From contig OX597816.1 of the NCBI GenBank assembly GCA_951406725.2, positions 101,556,001 to 101,620,000 on the forward strand: a stretch of 64,000 bases of DNA, in the 5' to 3' direction. Below are positions 1 to 12,332 of the stretch, piece by piece. How positions within the stretch are numbered: the stretch's first letter is position 1; each line of letters starts with the position of its first letter. Source of the DNA: Octopus vulgaris (Eukaryota). The notes under the pieces were generated by a model that saw only the letters and a list, made by a program, of their open reading frames with translations, ran no database searches and was not told the DNA's origin. Position numbers and translations under genes: made by a program.

Positions 1-947
1 TAGTTACCTAGAAATTATGTTAAAAACTGACGTTCAAACCGAAAAGATCCGGGATTTGAACCCACAAATGACAGGTATTTGAAATATAAGGTGATGTTAG
101 CTAGAAAGCGAGGGTGGATATTGTGTAATTACTGAGATAAATACTACCTCATCAGTCATCTACCAAAAGGACTTACTAATGAGACGGGGATATACAACTG
201 ACAAGGATATATTATTGACAATCGTCGATGGTAATGTGCTTGTTGTTGTTATTGCTGTTATTAGTGTGGTGGGGTGGAGATTTAGTGTTCGTGATAACTG
301 TAGTGATAGTCGTTGCAATATTGGTGGTGGTACCGACGTAAGTATTGGTTGTCGTATTGTTTGTGCTCATATTTGCTAGTAATATATGTGTGGTGTTAAT
401 ATTGGTGATGATAATATTGTTGTTGTTGGTGGTGGTGGTGTTGATGGTGGTGATGGTATTAGCATATTAGCGTATTTAATGCATGGAACATTACACAAAA
501 AATCAAAACTTGAAATAAATACATGCGGGGGAAAAACAATGACATTAGTCGTTTATTATTCTGCATCACTACTCGATAGATGAAAACCCAGCTAATGCAA
601 AAGACAAAAAAATAAAAGAAAAAGAGTTCTCTCCCGTAGTTGCCAGAAAAACATTAGTCATCGGCTAAAATTTTTTTCTCTTCACATATCTATGTCTAGT
701 TCAAATTTGTAATATTGAATACATTTAAATACGTAAGCATTAACTAAAACAAAAGATAGTTTGCAAGGCAGCAGTTTTTGCTGATTTTGTTTCTTAAGAA
801 ATTTATAGCAATTTAGCATGAGAAATGCTAATGACAGACTTAGTTACGATTGCTCGTAAGAGGCTTTATTGTTCTTAGACATTCGTGTTAAATGTAGCGA
901 TCTAAATCGGAGTTCTGCATTAAATAGATGAATGTATGGCTTGGTAA

Positions 948-1242
948 GAGGAGGAACATGGCCTAGTGGTTAGAGTAGCGGTTGAGGGATTGCGAGTTCG
1001 AATCTCAGACCGGGCGATGCGTGTGTTTATGAGCGAAACGCCTAGGCTCCACGCGTGTCCGGCAGAAGGTAATGGCGAACTTCTGCTGACTCTTTCGCCA
1101 CAACTTTCTCCCACTCTTCCTCCTGCATCTTGCAACTCACCTGCGACGGACCGGCGTCCCTTCCAGGTGGGGAACCTATACGCCAAGCAAACCGGGAAAC
1201 CGACCCTTATGAGCCAGGCATGGCTTGAGAAGGAACAAGCAA
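948..1242 (+). mobile_element. tRNA-derived SINE, family A
   Basis: A-box-like TGGCCTAGTGGTTAGAG and B-box-like GAGTTCGAATCTC; near-identical inverted copy at 1577-1844; short A-rich tail. Confidence 0.85.
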
Positions 1243-1324
1243 TGGTTTGGTAAAATTAAGCATAGGTCTTTACTATGTTTTTTGAAAATGTGGGGCTGGG
1301 ACATGAATAGAACTGTGTTATATT

Positions 1325-1537
1325 GATTTCAAGCTTTGGAACAAAGCTAGCAATTTCGGGAGAGATGGTAAGTCGATTACATCGACCCATCTACTCAACT
1401 GGTACTTATTCTATCGACCCGCAAGGACGAAAAAGCAAAGTCGACCCATTCAACATTTGAACTCAGAACGCAAAGTTGGAAAAAATGTCGCTAAGCATTT
1501 TCTCCGGCACAGTAACTATTCTGTCAACTCACCGCCA
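1325..1537 (-). mobile_element. tRNA-derived SINE, family B (commonest repeat in the window)
   Basis: Reverse complement matches the recurring core GTTCTGAGTTCAAAT..GTCGACTTTGC..GGGTCGATA.AATAAGTACCAGTT. Confidence 0.8.
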
Positions 1538-1576
1538 TAGACATCTGTTATATTACTTCGGTTGAGCTTTATATCT

Positions 1577-1844
1577 GACTTATAGGGCCGGTTTCCTTGG
1601 CGTATAAGTTCCCCACCTGGACGGGACGCCGGTCCGTCGCAGGTGAGCTGCAAGATGCAGGAGGAAAGAGTGAGAGAAAGTTGTAGCGAAAGAGTCAGCA
1701 GAAGTTCGCCATTACCTTCTGCCGGAGCTGCGTGGAACTTAGGTGTTTCGTTCATAGACACACAGATCTCCCGGTCTGAGATTCGAACCCGCGATCCCTC
1801 GACCGCGAGTCCGCTGCTCTAACCACTAGGCCATATGCCTCCAC
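1577..1844 (-). mobile_element. tRNA-derived SINE, family A (inverted copy)
   Basis: Minus strand begins GTGGAGGCATATGGCCTAGTGGTTAGAGCAGCGG..GGGTTCGAATCTCAGACC and is collinear with 948-1242. Confidence 0.85.
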
Positions 1845-2243
1845 TTATTTGTTATGAGTATTAACCAATTTCGAGTTTTGTGTATACGGTAGCGGTGAGA
1901 TGATTAACCGAAGACGCTGTTGAATGCAATAATGACTTCAGACCATTTATATTTTGGAAGTTTAGTAAAAGAGTAGACTCCCAGGAAATGAGTAGTGCTT
2001 TTAGGTCGGCAATGGTTCAAACAGTGGAATATTTTTAATGTCGAGAAGAAAAGAAATTTTGCGTTTCAGATGTCTGTCGTTCTTCTGGGAAAGAGATAAA
2101 AATACCAAAAAATGTAATTTTAAATAAGGAACATGAGAAAAAAGCACCCTGGACTTGAAATTCTTGGAACTTTACTGTCAGCTGCGTTTCTGTTGTCTGT
2201 AGAGTGAAAAGTCAACTTCGTAGCCAATGTTGAAAATGTGTGT

Positions 2244-2290
<47 letters not shown>

Positions 2291-2559
2291 TTTGGTGATT
2301 AATTTTGACACTTTTTATGAGATTTATTTCCGTGAGAAGACAGGTGTATCATTTTATGTAATGTTGACATATGTGACCTTGTTGGTGTTGATTACGAAAT
2401 ACGTTATATGGTATAGCATTGCTTGTTTTGTAATTTATATTGCATAAAAATGTTTACTAATTGTTCGCTTTTCTTTGGATTATTTTCTTTCTATTTCTTT
2501 GTTTAATTACTTCATGAATGGCTTTGCTTTAGGTCTGCTTGTGCTGATGTGATCTGTTG

Positions 2560-3250
2560 GGGGCTATACCTACATTTTATCGGATGGGCTATTCTTTAGT
2601 ATAATTGAGCTCCACTAGACAGTCAGACAGATGATCCGTGCCCTCTACTGGAAAAACAGTGCATGCTCCAACATGTAGCGGTTAATCGTATGAGATGCAG
2701 TGTGACAATCTCGATTTACAGTTTGTGATTCATATTTGAGTCTCCCCTCGATCCAGTCTAATCATATATACCTGCAAATTCTGAGAGTAGCTACAAGACG
2801 GGTAATGTGTACTCATTTAGAGTTCCACAGTTGTTGGTCCTATACACATACCACAGGAGATGAGTATCTTAGTATCGTTTTTGACATTAATGAGATGCAG
2901 GTGTTATTTTTCTATGTACACCTGGATTTTTAACGTTTATTGGGCTAAGATGGTGGCGGTGGTGGTGATGGTTGAACACACTTATAACCAAAGGTATAAC
3001 ACCTCCTTTGGTTATAGCTATGCTCAATCAGGAATAACAATGTCATTTATTTTCAGATGTTACATCTAAGACTTCCTTATTCAACGTTTTGTTGTGTCTG
3101 GGGAGAATCATACTGTCTTAATGCCTTATTATCTAACACACTCACCGGTTCGGTTTTCACTCATTTATTATTTATATTTTTTCCTCCAAAATTTTCGTTG
3201 CTTTTGCAACCTTGTCAATGGATGTTGACTCATATTCAATGTGTTCTAAT
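2560..3250 (-). pseudogene. Possible highly decayed Penelope-like reverse transcriptase (thumb region)
   Basis: Minus-strand translation with stops gives ..EGRLKYESQTVNRDCHT..ALFFQ*RARIIC.., loosely resembling the PLE thumb pattern TSVYRKPTHT..RAxxIC. Confidence 0.3.
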
Positions 3251-3299
3251 TTATTGACCATGATATATAACTTCAGGAAAATTTAGCTACTATAAATAG

Positions 3300-4380
3300 C
3301 GTTGGTGATATTGTACTAGCTGGCGCTATTGATAATAGTAGTACTGCAGAGGGTGTTGATAAAGGTTGTAGTAGATATGGGGATTGTGTCGTGTTGCTTT
3401 GTGGCATTGATGGTGTTGATACGTGGGTTGTTGTTCTCGTCGTCATTGGTGTTGCTGTTGTTGGTGATGATGGTGGTGGTGGTGGTTGCGGCGGTAGAAG
3501 TGGTGGTGGAGGTGGTGGTGGTGGTGGTGGTGGTAATATTTCTGCTGCTTTGTGAGACGCTATAATAACGTCGGTGCATTTTGTAAATTAGTGAGGATGG
3601 TATTGGTGGTAGCGGTAAATGGTGACAGTTTTTGAAATAATAGTAGAAGTGGGTCGTTTCAGTTATGGTGTAAATAACGGCCAGGGTAGTAGTGGTGAGA
3701 GTGATGACGGCGCTAATTGGAATTATAGTAGGAAACTAGTAAAGGAGAGATATTGACAGTGGTACTGATGGTATTGGTGGTGATGGCGGTGGTGGCAGTT
3801 TGGGTGGTGATAGTGGGGTGGGAGTTATGGTAATGATGGTGGTGATGATGGTGGTAGTGACGGTGGTGCTGGTGATGGTGGTGGTGGTGATGATGGTGGT
3901 GGTGACAATTATGGTGGTAGTGACGGTGGTGTTGGTGGTGGCGGCGTCGGTGATGGTGGTGGTGGTGGTGGTGGTGGTGGTGGTGGTGGTGGTGGTGGTG
4001 GTGGTGGTGGTGATCGTGGTGGTATTATGGTGGTAATGTTGTTTAAGTGTTATGATGTTAGTGTTAATGTTCGTACTGGTGCCAGTAGAAATGGTAGTGG
4101 TGGTAGATCTGATATAGATATTAGTGTTAATGTTTAGTCGTGGTGATGATAATGATGCCGATGTTAATACTCATTTTCGGTTAGTAGTAAGTGCTGCTGT
4201 TGGTAGTGGTAGTCAGTGATGTTGCTGTGGTGGTAGTGTTAGTGGTGGTGGTGATAATGTTGATGTTAGGGTTTGTGTCTGTTTGTTTCTATCGACGGAG
4301 GCGGTGATGATGGTGGTCGTGGTCGTCGTCGTGGTTTTATGGTGGTGGTGGTGGTGGTGGTGGTGGTGGTGGTGCGAAAG
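3300..4380 (+). repeat. Degenerate (GGT)n/(GAT)n trinucleotide low-complexity tract
   Basis: Pure GGT runs at about 3955-4010 and 4340-4373 within decayed GGT/GAT/GTT repeats. Confidence 0.9.
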
Positions 4381-6184
4381 TGGGGGATGGTTGTGTTGTA
4401 GTGCGGATTAATAATGGTAGTCGTCGTGAGTATGGCAGAGACAGTGTGGGCTGTGAATGTGGGATTGTAGGGGAGTGGCATAAAAGGAACGGTTTGGTGG
4501 GAAATAGGGTGGTGCTGCTGAACTCTGCTTCACTGCGAATGTTTCTTCGTCTCGGCTGAATTGTTGAAAGCAAATAAACAACTTTTATATAAACATGTTG
4601 TGCTCTCAATCATGGAGCAATGATCTAACCCCAGACCACCACTCAACATTTTCAATCACACCTACACCCACTACCATCACCCCACCCCATTCTTCCAACC
4701 CTTACTATGTATCCTTTTTATTTTTGCGCCACGTTATTTTTAATTTTAATTTTCTTTAATTGCAAACGTAAATAAGATAACCTTAACCTACATTGAATTG
4801 TAAAGGTTGACTCCTTAATAACAACAGCAACAACAACATAAAGTATCAGCAACAACAACAGCAATAATAATAATAATAGCGACTACAACAGAAGCAGTAA
4901 CGACAGCCTTAACGACAGCAACAACAACAGCAGCGGCAATAGAAATAGAAGCAGAAATCAATAGCAACAACAAATTTGGGCAAAACGTTAACAGCAACAA
5001 GTACAGGAACTGTAACAACAAATGCTAGAACAACGAGAGCAACCGACAGCTGCAACGACAACAGTTGCAACGACAGCAGCCAAGCAGCAACAGCAACAAC
5101 AGTTGAAAAAGCGATGCATTGCTACATCTCTTGGCAGAAACGTAAATAACAAAATCTATTTCAACGAAAAGTAAAAACACTAATAACAAAATTGTAACCA
5201 AAAGATGAGTAACAAGATGAACAAGAATAACAAACGCAACAGAAGCAAAAACATTGTTTTGAACTTTAACCTAAGTCTAAAAATATAGAGAAAATAATAT
5301 AATCGGTTGAATCGAATCCAGTATGTTATTGGTATCTGTTCTATCGAGCCGGAAGTGATAAATGACAAAATGAATCCCAGCAAAATTTGAACTGAGATAC
5401 ATCACGAAATACAGCAAGGCTTTTTGCTCATGAACTTTACACCATTGGAAGAAGACTGCTGTACTACATGCACCACGATTCTGCATAAAGAACACAAAAT
5501 TAACGCATTCAAAGTTGCAACAAATACTAAACTTCAGATTCTCTCTCGTGACCTTTCATATTGACCTCACACATCTGACCTTTTAAAACTGAATTAAAGG
5601 CTTTCCCTAAGGGTCAAAGCACAAGTCTTCATCTTTAATCAATTGCTTACTTTCTACAAATCTCGAATGTAGCCCAGAAAATAGTGCTGCCACGCAGAGC
5701 ACCTGAAACATATACGAATATTCTAAACTTGATATGAAAAAAAAAAACAGAGTTAACCGGCTGATTGTCACAGATTTACTCACTAATACGTGAAACCAGT
5801 GGATGAGCCACAGACTTTCAATGTTCTTCTCACTATCTCTTTACTACTAGGATATGTTTCTGCTCCTCCGAATTAGCAGCTTGTGTATCACTGCTACTTA
5901 AACTCGCCTGATACACTCTCTTCACCTCCATTTCTTGTCTCTAGTGCTCATTCTTCAAAATATATCCTTCCTCCTCATAACTGCTTCCCTCAAAAGTCCG
6001 CTCCACGCTCACATTTACCTAGTCATCAGCTTAAATAAGTTCAGACTGAGCGTTGACTGCATCAGCCTGATTAGTCTGAGAAAACTTGCAATAGTATGGT
6101 TGCACCACTTCTTCCTCAGGTTAAATGACCAAAAATAAAATCGGCTACGTCACTGCATTCAGACACATTAGAAATAGTGTTGTC

Positions 6185-6392
6185 AGCTTTTGGCAGAAGG
6201 CCAGCAATTTAGAGGGTGGGATTAAGTTGATTACATCGACCCCAGTGTTCAACTGGTACTTATTTTATCGATACCGAAAAGACGAAAGGCAAAGTCGACC
6301 TCGATGGAATTTGAACTCGGAATGAAAGGACGGACGATATGTTGCTAAGCATTTTCCCGGCGTGCTAACGATTCTGTCAGCTATCCGCCTTA
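6185..6392 (-). mobile_element. SINE family B
   Basis: AACTGGTACTTATTTTATCGATACCGAAA..AAAGTCGACCTCG..GCTAACGATTCTGTCAGCT..CCGCCTT. Confidence 0.85.
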
Positions 6393-6749
6393 GACACATT
6401 AAAATTATTAACATAGAATCAACAAAAATAGCAACACAATAAAAACGAACCAACGAAAGAGCTTCAATTCGTCACTGGAAATGTCAAAAATAGCTACCAA
6501 ATCTGCCCCGAATAAAACCGTCTTTAAAAAATGTAGATTACATATGTCAGCATCTTACTCAGGGCTGCTCACTGTGGCAATAAAACACGTTCCAGAATGT
6601 TGACCCCCGAATAAAACCGTCTTTAAAAAATGAACATAACACGTTCCAGAAAAACAGGAGGATGGGAAGAGAAGTGCATTTGATCATTGTTCACTCTCTC
6701 GTGAACAACGCGAGTAATAAAATGGTCGATCCAACGAAGAAACATTTAC

Positions 6750-6940
6750 ATGATCACTTGATCTGCAAGTAACAGTAGCCAAGCCTCTCTTAAATCACGC
6801 ACGAACATTTTAGAAGAAAAAGGAAGAACACTCCTACATACAATATTCCTGAAAAAGAAGGGGTTATCACAGCTTCAACGCCTTTGATCATAGGGCTGTT
6901 CAATCAGAGCTGACTTGGGGTTAAGTAACAACAACAGCAA
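6750..6940 (+). mobile_element. Old interspersed repeat ending in (CAA)n, family C; related copies near 8300-8465, 12780-12930, 41295-41462
   Basis: Shared motifs AGCCAA..CTC.CTTAAATCA and TTTGATCATAGG..ATCAG.GCTGAC.TGGGG.TAA followed by CAA repeats. Confidence 0.55.
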
Positions 6941-7419
6941 TGAATAGGGTAACAGCAACAAGAACAATAAGAAATAATTCAGTAGCAAAAACTAGATTAC
7001 TTAATTACTCAACTAGCAAAAGTAACAACATCACCGATAGCAACAGAAACATCACCAGTCAAAGGAACATTATTAACAACAACAGAGACGATGACAGTGA
7101 CAGACACATCAGTAGCAAGAAAAAAAAACAATAATCACAAAATTACAACACCAGTATTAGCAGCAATGTTGGTGCACGATGACCAGAAGTTCGCTTCGCA
7201 ATCATGGGTTCTCGGTTTCGGTTTCGCTACGTGATATCTTGGGGAAGTGTTATTTTATATAATCACGTGTTGATGAATAGACAAAAACTTAACAGAAGCG
7301 CATCTAATGGTGTCCCCTATAATTCAAGGTACACCTTGTCTGACAAACTGTGTCACGTTGATTCCGTCTGGGAACTGCATTGAGTATACGTATCTATTGA
7401 ATAGACAGTCTCTTATACA

Positions 7420-7860
7420 CCAATTTAGAAAGTTAATATATATAAGGTTTGGAAAAATCTGGTCTGACCATAAAAACAAAAGTTGACATATACAAAATTG
7501 TCGTTGTTACTACAGTATTTTACGGTTGTGAAACCTGGACAGTTTACCAAAGTCATGCAAAGAAAAACCTTACCACTTTCACCTGAAAATGCATGCGAAA
7601 AATTTTTTAACATCAGATAGCATGATAAAATTCCCAATATATCTGTGCTCTAGAGCGCTATGTCAAGCTTGTGTGCTTTCCTGAGCTCAGTCCAGTTGCA
7701 ATGGAGTGGACATGTAGTGCGCATACTCGACTCCAAATTTCCCAGACAGATCTTTGGTGAACTAGCAGTTGGCTCTCAATCACGTAGTGAACCAAAGAAG
7801 AGATGCAAAGACATGCTCAAGACAATATTGCAAAAATGTAGATTACAGATGTCAACGTAG
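7420..7860 (+). pseudogene. RTE-clade LINE 3' fragment (post-RT region), frameshifted
   Basis: YGCETWTVY..QLQWSGHVVRILDSKFPRQIFGEL..PKKRCKDMLK matches the RTE/BovB C-terminal pattern LYGCETWT..LRWxGHVxRM..RxPK..YGEL. Confidence 0.8.
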
Positions 7861-8591
7861 GAACATCTTACTTGGGGGTAGGGGCTTAGTCGGTTACATC
7901 GACTCGCCTGTTCTACTGTACTTATTTCATCGATGAAAGGCAAAGTCGACCTGCCACTTAGCATTTTGTCCGATGTGCTAACGATCCTGCCAGCTTGCCG
8001 CCTTCACCGTCCTAAATAATAGAGCGATAATATATCAACAGCATATTTGCCTGCAACCTAGTTACTGACACAGGTCCGTTGCAACTATAAAATCATGTCA
8101 TTGAGCAGGCCACAGTTGTGAGACGAAAATTTGAACTTTTCAAGAAATTAATGGAAACTTAATGTAACATTTTAATCAGAAGGACTCTCTCACGGTATAA
8201 CTGCTTCAAACTTCAACACATGGTTATCAGAACAGAATTAGCTAAAGCAATATCGTCACTCAGCCGGCCGTTGCGGAGACATCTATGCTGACACTGACCC
8301 TGAAAAAATGATGGCCAAATCTCACTCTAATCATACTCGAAAGATGGACACATTGAAGGCTGATGCAGTCAATGTATGCGAAACTACAGGGTGGTCACCT
8401 TTTTATGGAACGCCATTTTTTTTATTAGTTTGAGCAATTAGAGAATGACCTAGATCTAAGCAACAACAATAACAATAGTAACATCAAGTGCTGTATCATC
8501 ATCATCATTCTCACCACTATCACCACCAGCCATACCAAATACAACAGCTAACTTTACATGAACAACACCTAATGCAAAAACATGATTTACA

Positions 8592-8631
<40 letters not shown>

Positions 8632-9078
8632 TAAATAATAATGATAATAATAGTAACAACAATAATCAGTGCTAAAAACATCAATTAGCTAAAAATGAAA
8701 GGTTCCGCTCCCTTGAATGTTCTTACGCAGAGGAGTGAATTGATGTCAACAACTGCAGTAGCGACAGCGACAACAGTATCAGCTGCAGCAGTAGCAGGAG
8801 CATCGGTGGCGACACAACAAGAACAACGACGACAACAACAAAGACGACGACGACATCACCATCATCATCATCAACAGCAAGAACTATAGCTGTAATAGTA
8901 TAGATAGCAAATGCAATAACAGTAACAATTCAATAACAACAGTAATGATAACTCAATAACAACAGCAACAGTAACAACTTCAATAACAACTACCATAACA
9001 TTACCAATAATAACGTTAATAACAGTAATAATGCTTAGTAACAACAACGATAAAAACTTCAATACCTACAATGATAAC

Positions 9079-9145
<67 letters not shown>

Positions 9146-9148
<3 letters not shown>

Positions 9149-9690
9149 GCCCTGATGAAGTACCAGGCAGTGGCTCTCGTGGCTTCTGATCTTAACTGAT
9201 TGGAAGTGTTATCATGTACATTGTTTTGTCTTGGTATAAAATGATGGGTTACAGAAAATATTCTGCTCAATACCACAGATTTGCTGGTCAGTTGTTTGAC
9301 CTTAACCAGTTGACCATGTTCCTTAGTGGCTGACGATATGTGCATCTCTGATCACGAGCATATGTAGTGGGGGATCATCATAGCCATGTTTTGAGAGGGA
9401 TTCTTTGGGATGTGAATAATTCGCCTCTGGAAACATGGGTGTTTCGTTCAACATCCTTAAACAACCCTTATTCAGGGACCTTTTGAGCGGGATGGGTTTC
9501 TCGACCAGAGGAAAATTCTAACTGGGCCCCACAGTTTATCTTGATATGAGATCACCATGTCGCGCACATAAGGTTGTGATGCATGTACCTAGTATACCCT
9601 TATCAGACGGGTAGTCATGATGGGTATACTGGGCTTCGTATATTTTACCCCAATGTCACTTTGATGGCATGCACTGTTCTCTCACTCAAT
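9146..9690. mobile_element. About 545-bp non-coding interspersed element flanked by (TAA)n on both sides
   Basis: Complex, higher-GC block with sharp edges between a TAA run at 9078-9145 and TAA-like repeats at 9688-9712; no ORF. Confidence 0.55.
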
Positions 9691-9710
9691 AGTAATAACA
9701 ATAATAATAA

Positions 9711-10075
9711 TAAGAGCACTCGGAGAGCGCAAACCTCCGCCAACGCAACACCAGCGTCCTCTCAATGATTAGCTGGAGATGGTTTTTTAAAATGAGGATA
9801 TCTCAAATATACTCAACTGCTTTCACAAACGAGAATGCTAAAAATGAACCCGATCGCTCTCAAACATTAAGTAAAAAAAAAAAACGGAAAATTAATCAGG
9901 ATCCTTGTCCGGTACCAGATTCATCCCAAAATCTAATCAGTTCGTACCAGTCGCCAGGCCAAACATCTCTGAAAGTTTCATCCGAATCAATCCAGCAGTT
10001 CTTGAGATATCTTGTCCACGGACAAACAAACACCACTGAAAACAATACCTCCACCTTCGCTAAGGCAGAAGTAAC
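9711..10075 (+). mobile_element. Helentron-associated (HINE/DINE-like) non-autonomous element
   Basis: 5' AAGAGCACTCGGAGAGCGCAAACCTCCGCC; internal ACAA microsatellite; 3' hairpin ACCTCCACCTT-CGCT-AAGGCAGAAGT; homologous 3' half at 58415-58602. Confidence 0.6.
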
Positions 10076-10457
10076 AAGATAGAATCGACCTCAATATCAG
10101 TAACAAGAACAATTTCAGTAACAACAACAACAACCGTAACACCACAATATCTACAATAATAATCTCATTAACAAAAGTAATATTTTGAATAACAGCAGTA
10201 ACAACCTCAATAACAACAATAACCTCTGTAACAACAATGACATCAACGATAGTAACAATGTCAATAACAACAATAAAACCCTCAATACCAACGATATTAA
10301 CTATAACAAACTCAACAATAACAACAACCTCAAAAACAACAATATCAGCATCAATATCGACAATAACATCAACAGTAACAACACCAATAATAACAATAAA
10401 ATCTCAATATGAACGACGTTAGCTATAACAACCTCAACAACAACAATAACAACCTCG

Positions 10458-10670
10458 TTGGCTTCAAATTTTAGCACAAGGCCAGCAAATACGGAGGAAG
10501 GAGTTAATCGATTATATCGAATGCTCAACTGATACTTATTTTATTGACCCCGAAAGGGATAGACGGTAAAGTCGACCTCAGCGGAATTTGAACTCAGAAT
10601 AGAAAGACGAACGAAATGCCGCTAAGTGTTTTGCCTGGCGTACTAACGATTCTGCTAGTTTGCTGCCTTA
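10458..10670 (-). mobile_element. SINE family B
   Basis: Full-length reverse copy ending GCTGCCTTA, with AAAGTCGACCTCAGCGGAATTTGAACTCAGAA. Confidence 0.85.
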
Positions 10671-11359
10671 GTGAGAGCCTGTATAACAATCGCAGTAACA
10701 ACTTCAACCAACAACTACTTTGGCAACTACAACAAAAATAACAACATAGACATCTACAATTTACCATCTGTCATTGCGATCAATGTCCTCCATTATTTCC
10801 CGCACCACACCCGTATTATTTTTACCCCACCATCAACAATGCTTTCATCCACACCTCGCACACCAATGATACCTCCTTACTGCCAGTAATATCCTCTATA
10901 TGCACACCACACCACTAGTTATAACCGCTATATGTACACATTTACTATTACTTTTACCTTTCTTCAGTTTTGATTTTGGTTTCCAAAATTTTTTATGTGA
11001 ACTTGAGTGTTGAAACATATTTTGTTGTATCTCGGGAAGGTCGTTATGCCGATAATAAACACATGCACTGGTTCTATTTGACTTTATTATTTATTTTGTC
11101 ACTTGGTTGATTATTTAACCAATTGACTAATTGATAGTTTACTTAATTGTTCAGAGACAGACTTAGAGCAGAAAGGTCATGTCAATGATGAGGTCACGAA
11201 TGGCATCGAAAGGACTATGACTGATAAACCTGATTGATTGACTGATGAATTGACTGGACAATTACTCAAACAATCGATTAGTTAATTGGTTAAATAATAT
11301 ATGAATGATATAGAAGTTATTTAGAACCAGTGTGTGTATTTATTATTGATGTAACGAAT

Positions 11360-11575
11360 TAGGCGAGCTGGCAGAATCGTCACTGCGTCGGACGAAATGC
11401 TTAGCAGCATTTCAACCGGCTTTACCTTCTGAGCTTAAATTTTGCCATGGTCAGTTTTGCCTTTCGTCCTTTCGGGGTCGATAGAATAAGTACCAATTAA
11501 GTATCAGGATCGATGTAATCGATTAGTCTCTACCCCAAAATTTCAGGCCTTGTGCCTATAGCTGAAAAGATTATT
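11360..11575 (+). mobile_element. SINE family B
   Basis: GGCGAGCTGGCAGAATCGT..GCCTTTCGTCCTTTCGGGGTCGATAGAATAAGTACC..GAAAAGATTATT. Confidence 0.85.
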
Positions 11576-11859
11576 GGGAGAATGTCCACCCATCCCGAGA
11601 TACAAGAAAATCATGTTCATTTGTCTTCTGTTATTCCGTTCTTACAGCAGAATTCTCGACAGTCCTATACATGTCTACATCCAACTACGTCATTGTATAC
11701 ACATCCCTGGAATATCTTTATAGGTCCAGACCACTATCACTACCAGCCTACGGTTTTCAGCCTATGGACCCCTTTCATTCCAATTTTATTCGTGTGGTGG
11801 GGAAGGGGCCTCATAGCCATTTGGTGTTTAAAAACTCCTACCTTTTTTTTGACTAAGTA

Positions 11860-12332
11860 TTGATTTCGAATTTTGGCACAAATCCAGCAATTTCGGAGGA
11901 AGGGGATTGTCGATTACATCAACTCCAGTTCACAACTGGTATATATTTTATCAACCCCGAAAGGATGAAAAGCAAAGTCGACCCCGGCGAAATCTGAACT
12001 CAGAACCTAAGAACGATCGAAATGTCCCTAAGCATTTTAGTAGTAAAGTTCCATCCCGGGTCACAGAGACTCATAGTGCCTGATTCCCATAGCGTGTATA
12101 TATTCACCACCTGCCTCTCCGTCGCAGAATTACTGTTTTGCCAGCTGAGTGGACTGGAGCAACGTGAAATGAAGTGTTTTGCTCAAGAACACAACGTGTC
12201 GCTCGGTCTAGGAATCGAAACCACAATCTCACGATCACGAGTCCAACACTCCTCACCATAAGCTACGCTCCTCCATAGTAGGCATTTTGCCGTTTTGCCC
12301 GACGCGGTAATTATTCTGCCAGTTCACCGCTT
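11860..12332 (-). mobile_element. SINE family B interrupted by another SINE
   Basis: Family B sequence stops at 12038 and resumes at 12282; GCATTTT is duplicated at the junctions. Confidence 0.75.
12039..12277 (-). mobile_element. tRNA-derived SINE, family D (related copy about 47012-47122, plus strand)
   Basis: Minus-strand head TGGAGGAGCGTAGCTTATGGTG..GGTTTCGATTCCT; body GTGTTCTTGAGCAAAACACTTCATTTCACGTTGCTCCAGTCCACTCAGCTGGCAAAA. Confidence 0.75.

Noticed and set aside
948-1015. tRNA-like sequence
   Set aside because: It is a SINE head: it continues into a repeat body shared with 1577-1844 and has no complete cloverleaf
9152-9185. CTGATGA as a hammerhead core (also at about 149 minus, 11242 and 36221)
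   Set aside because: No properly spaced stem II plus GAAA, and no closable stems
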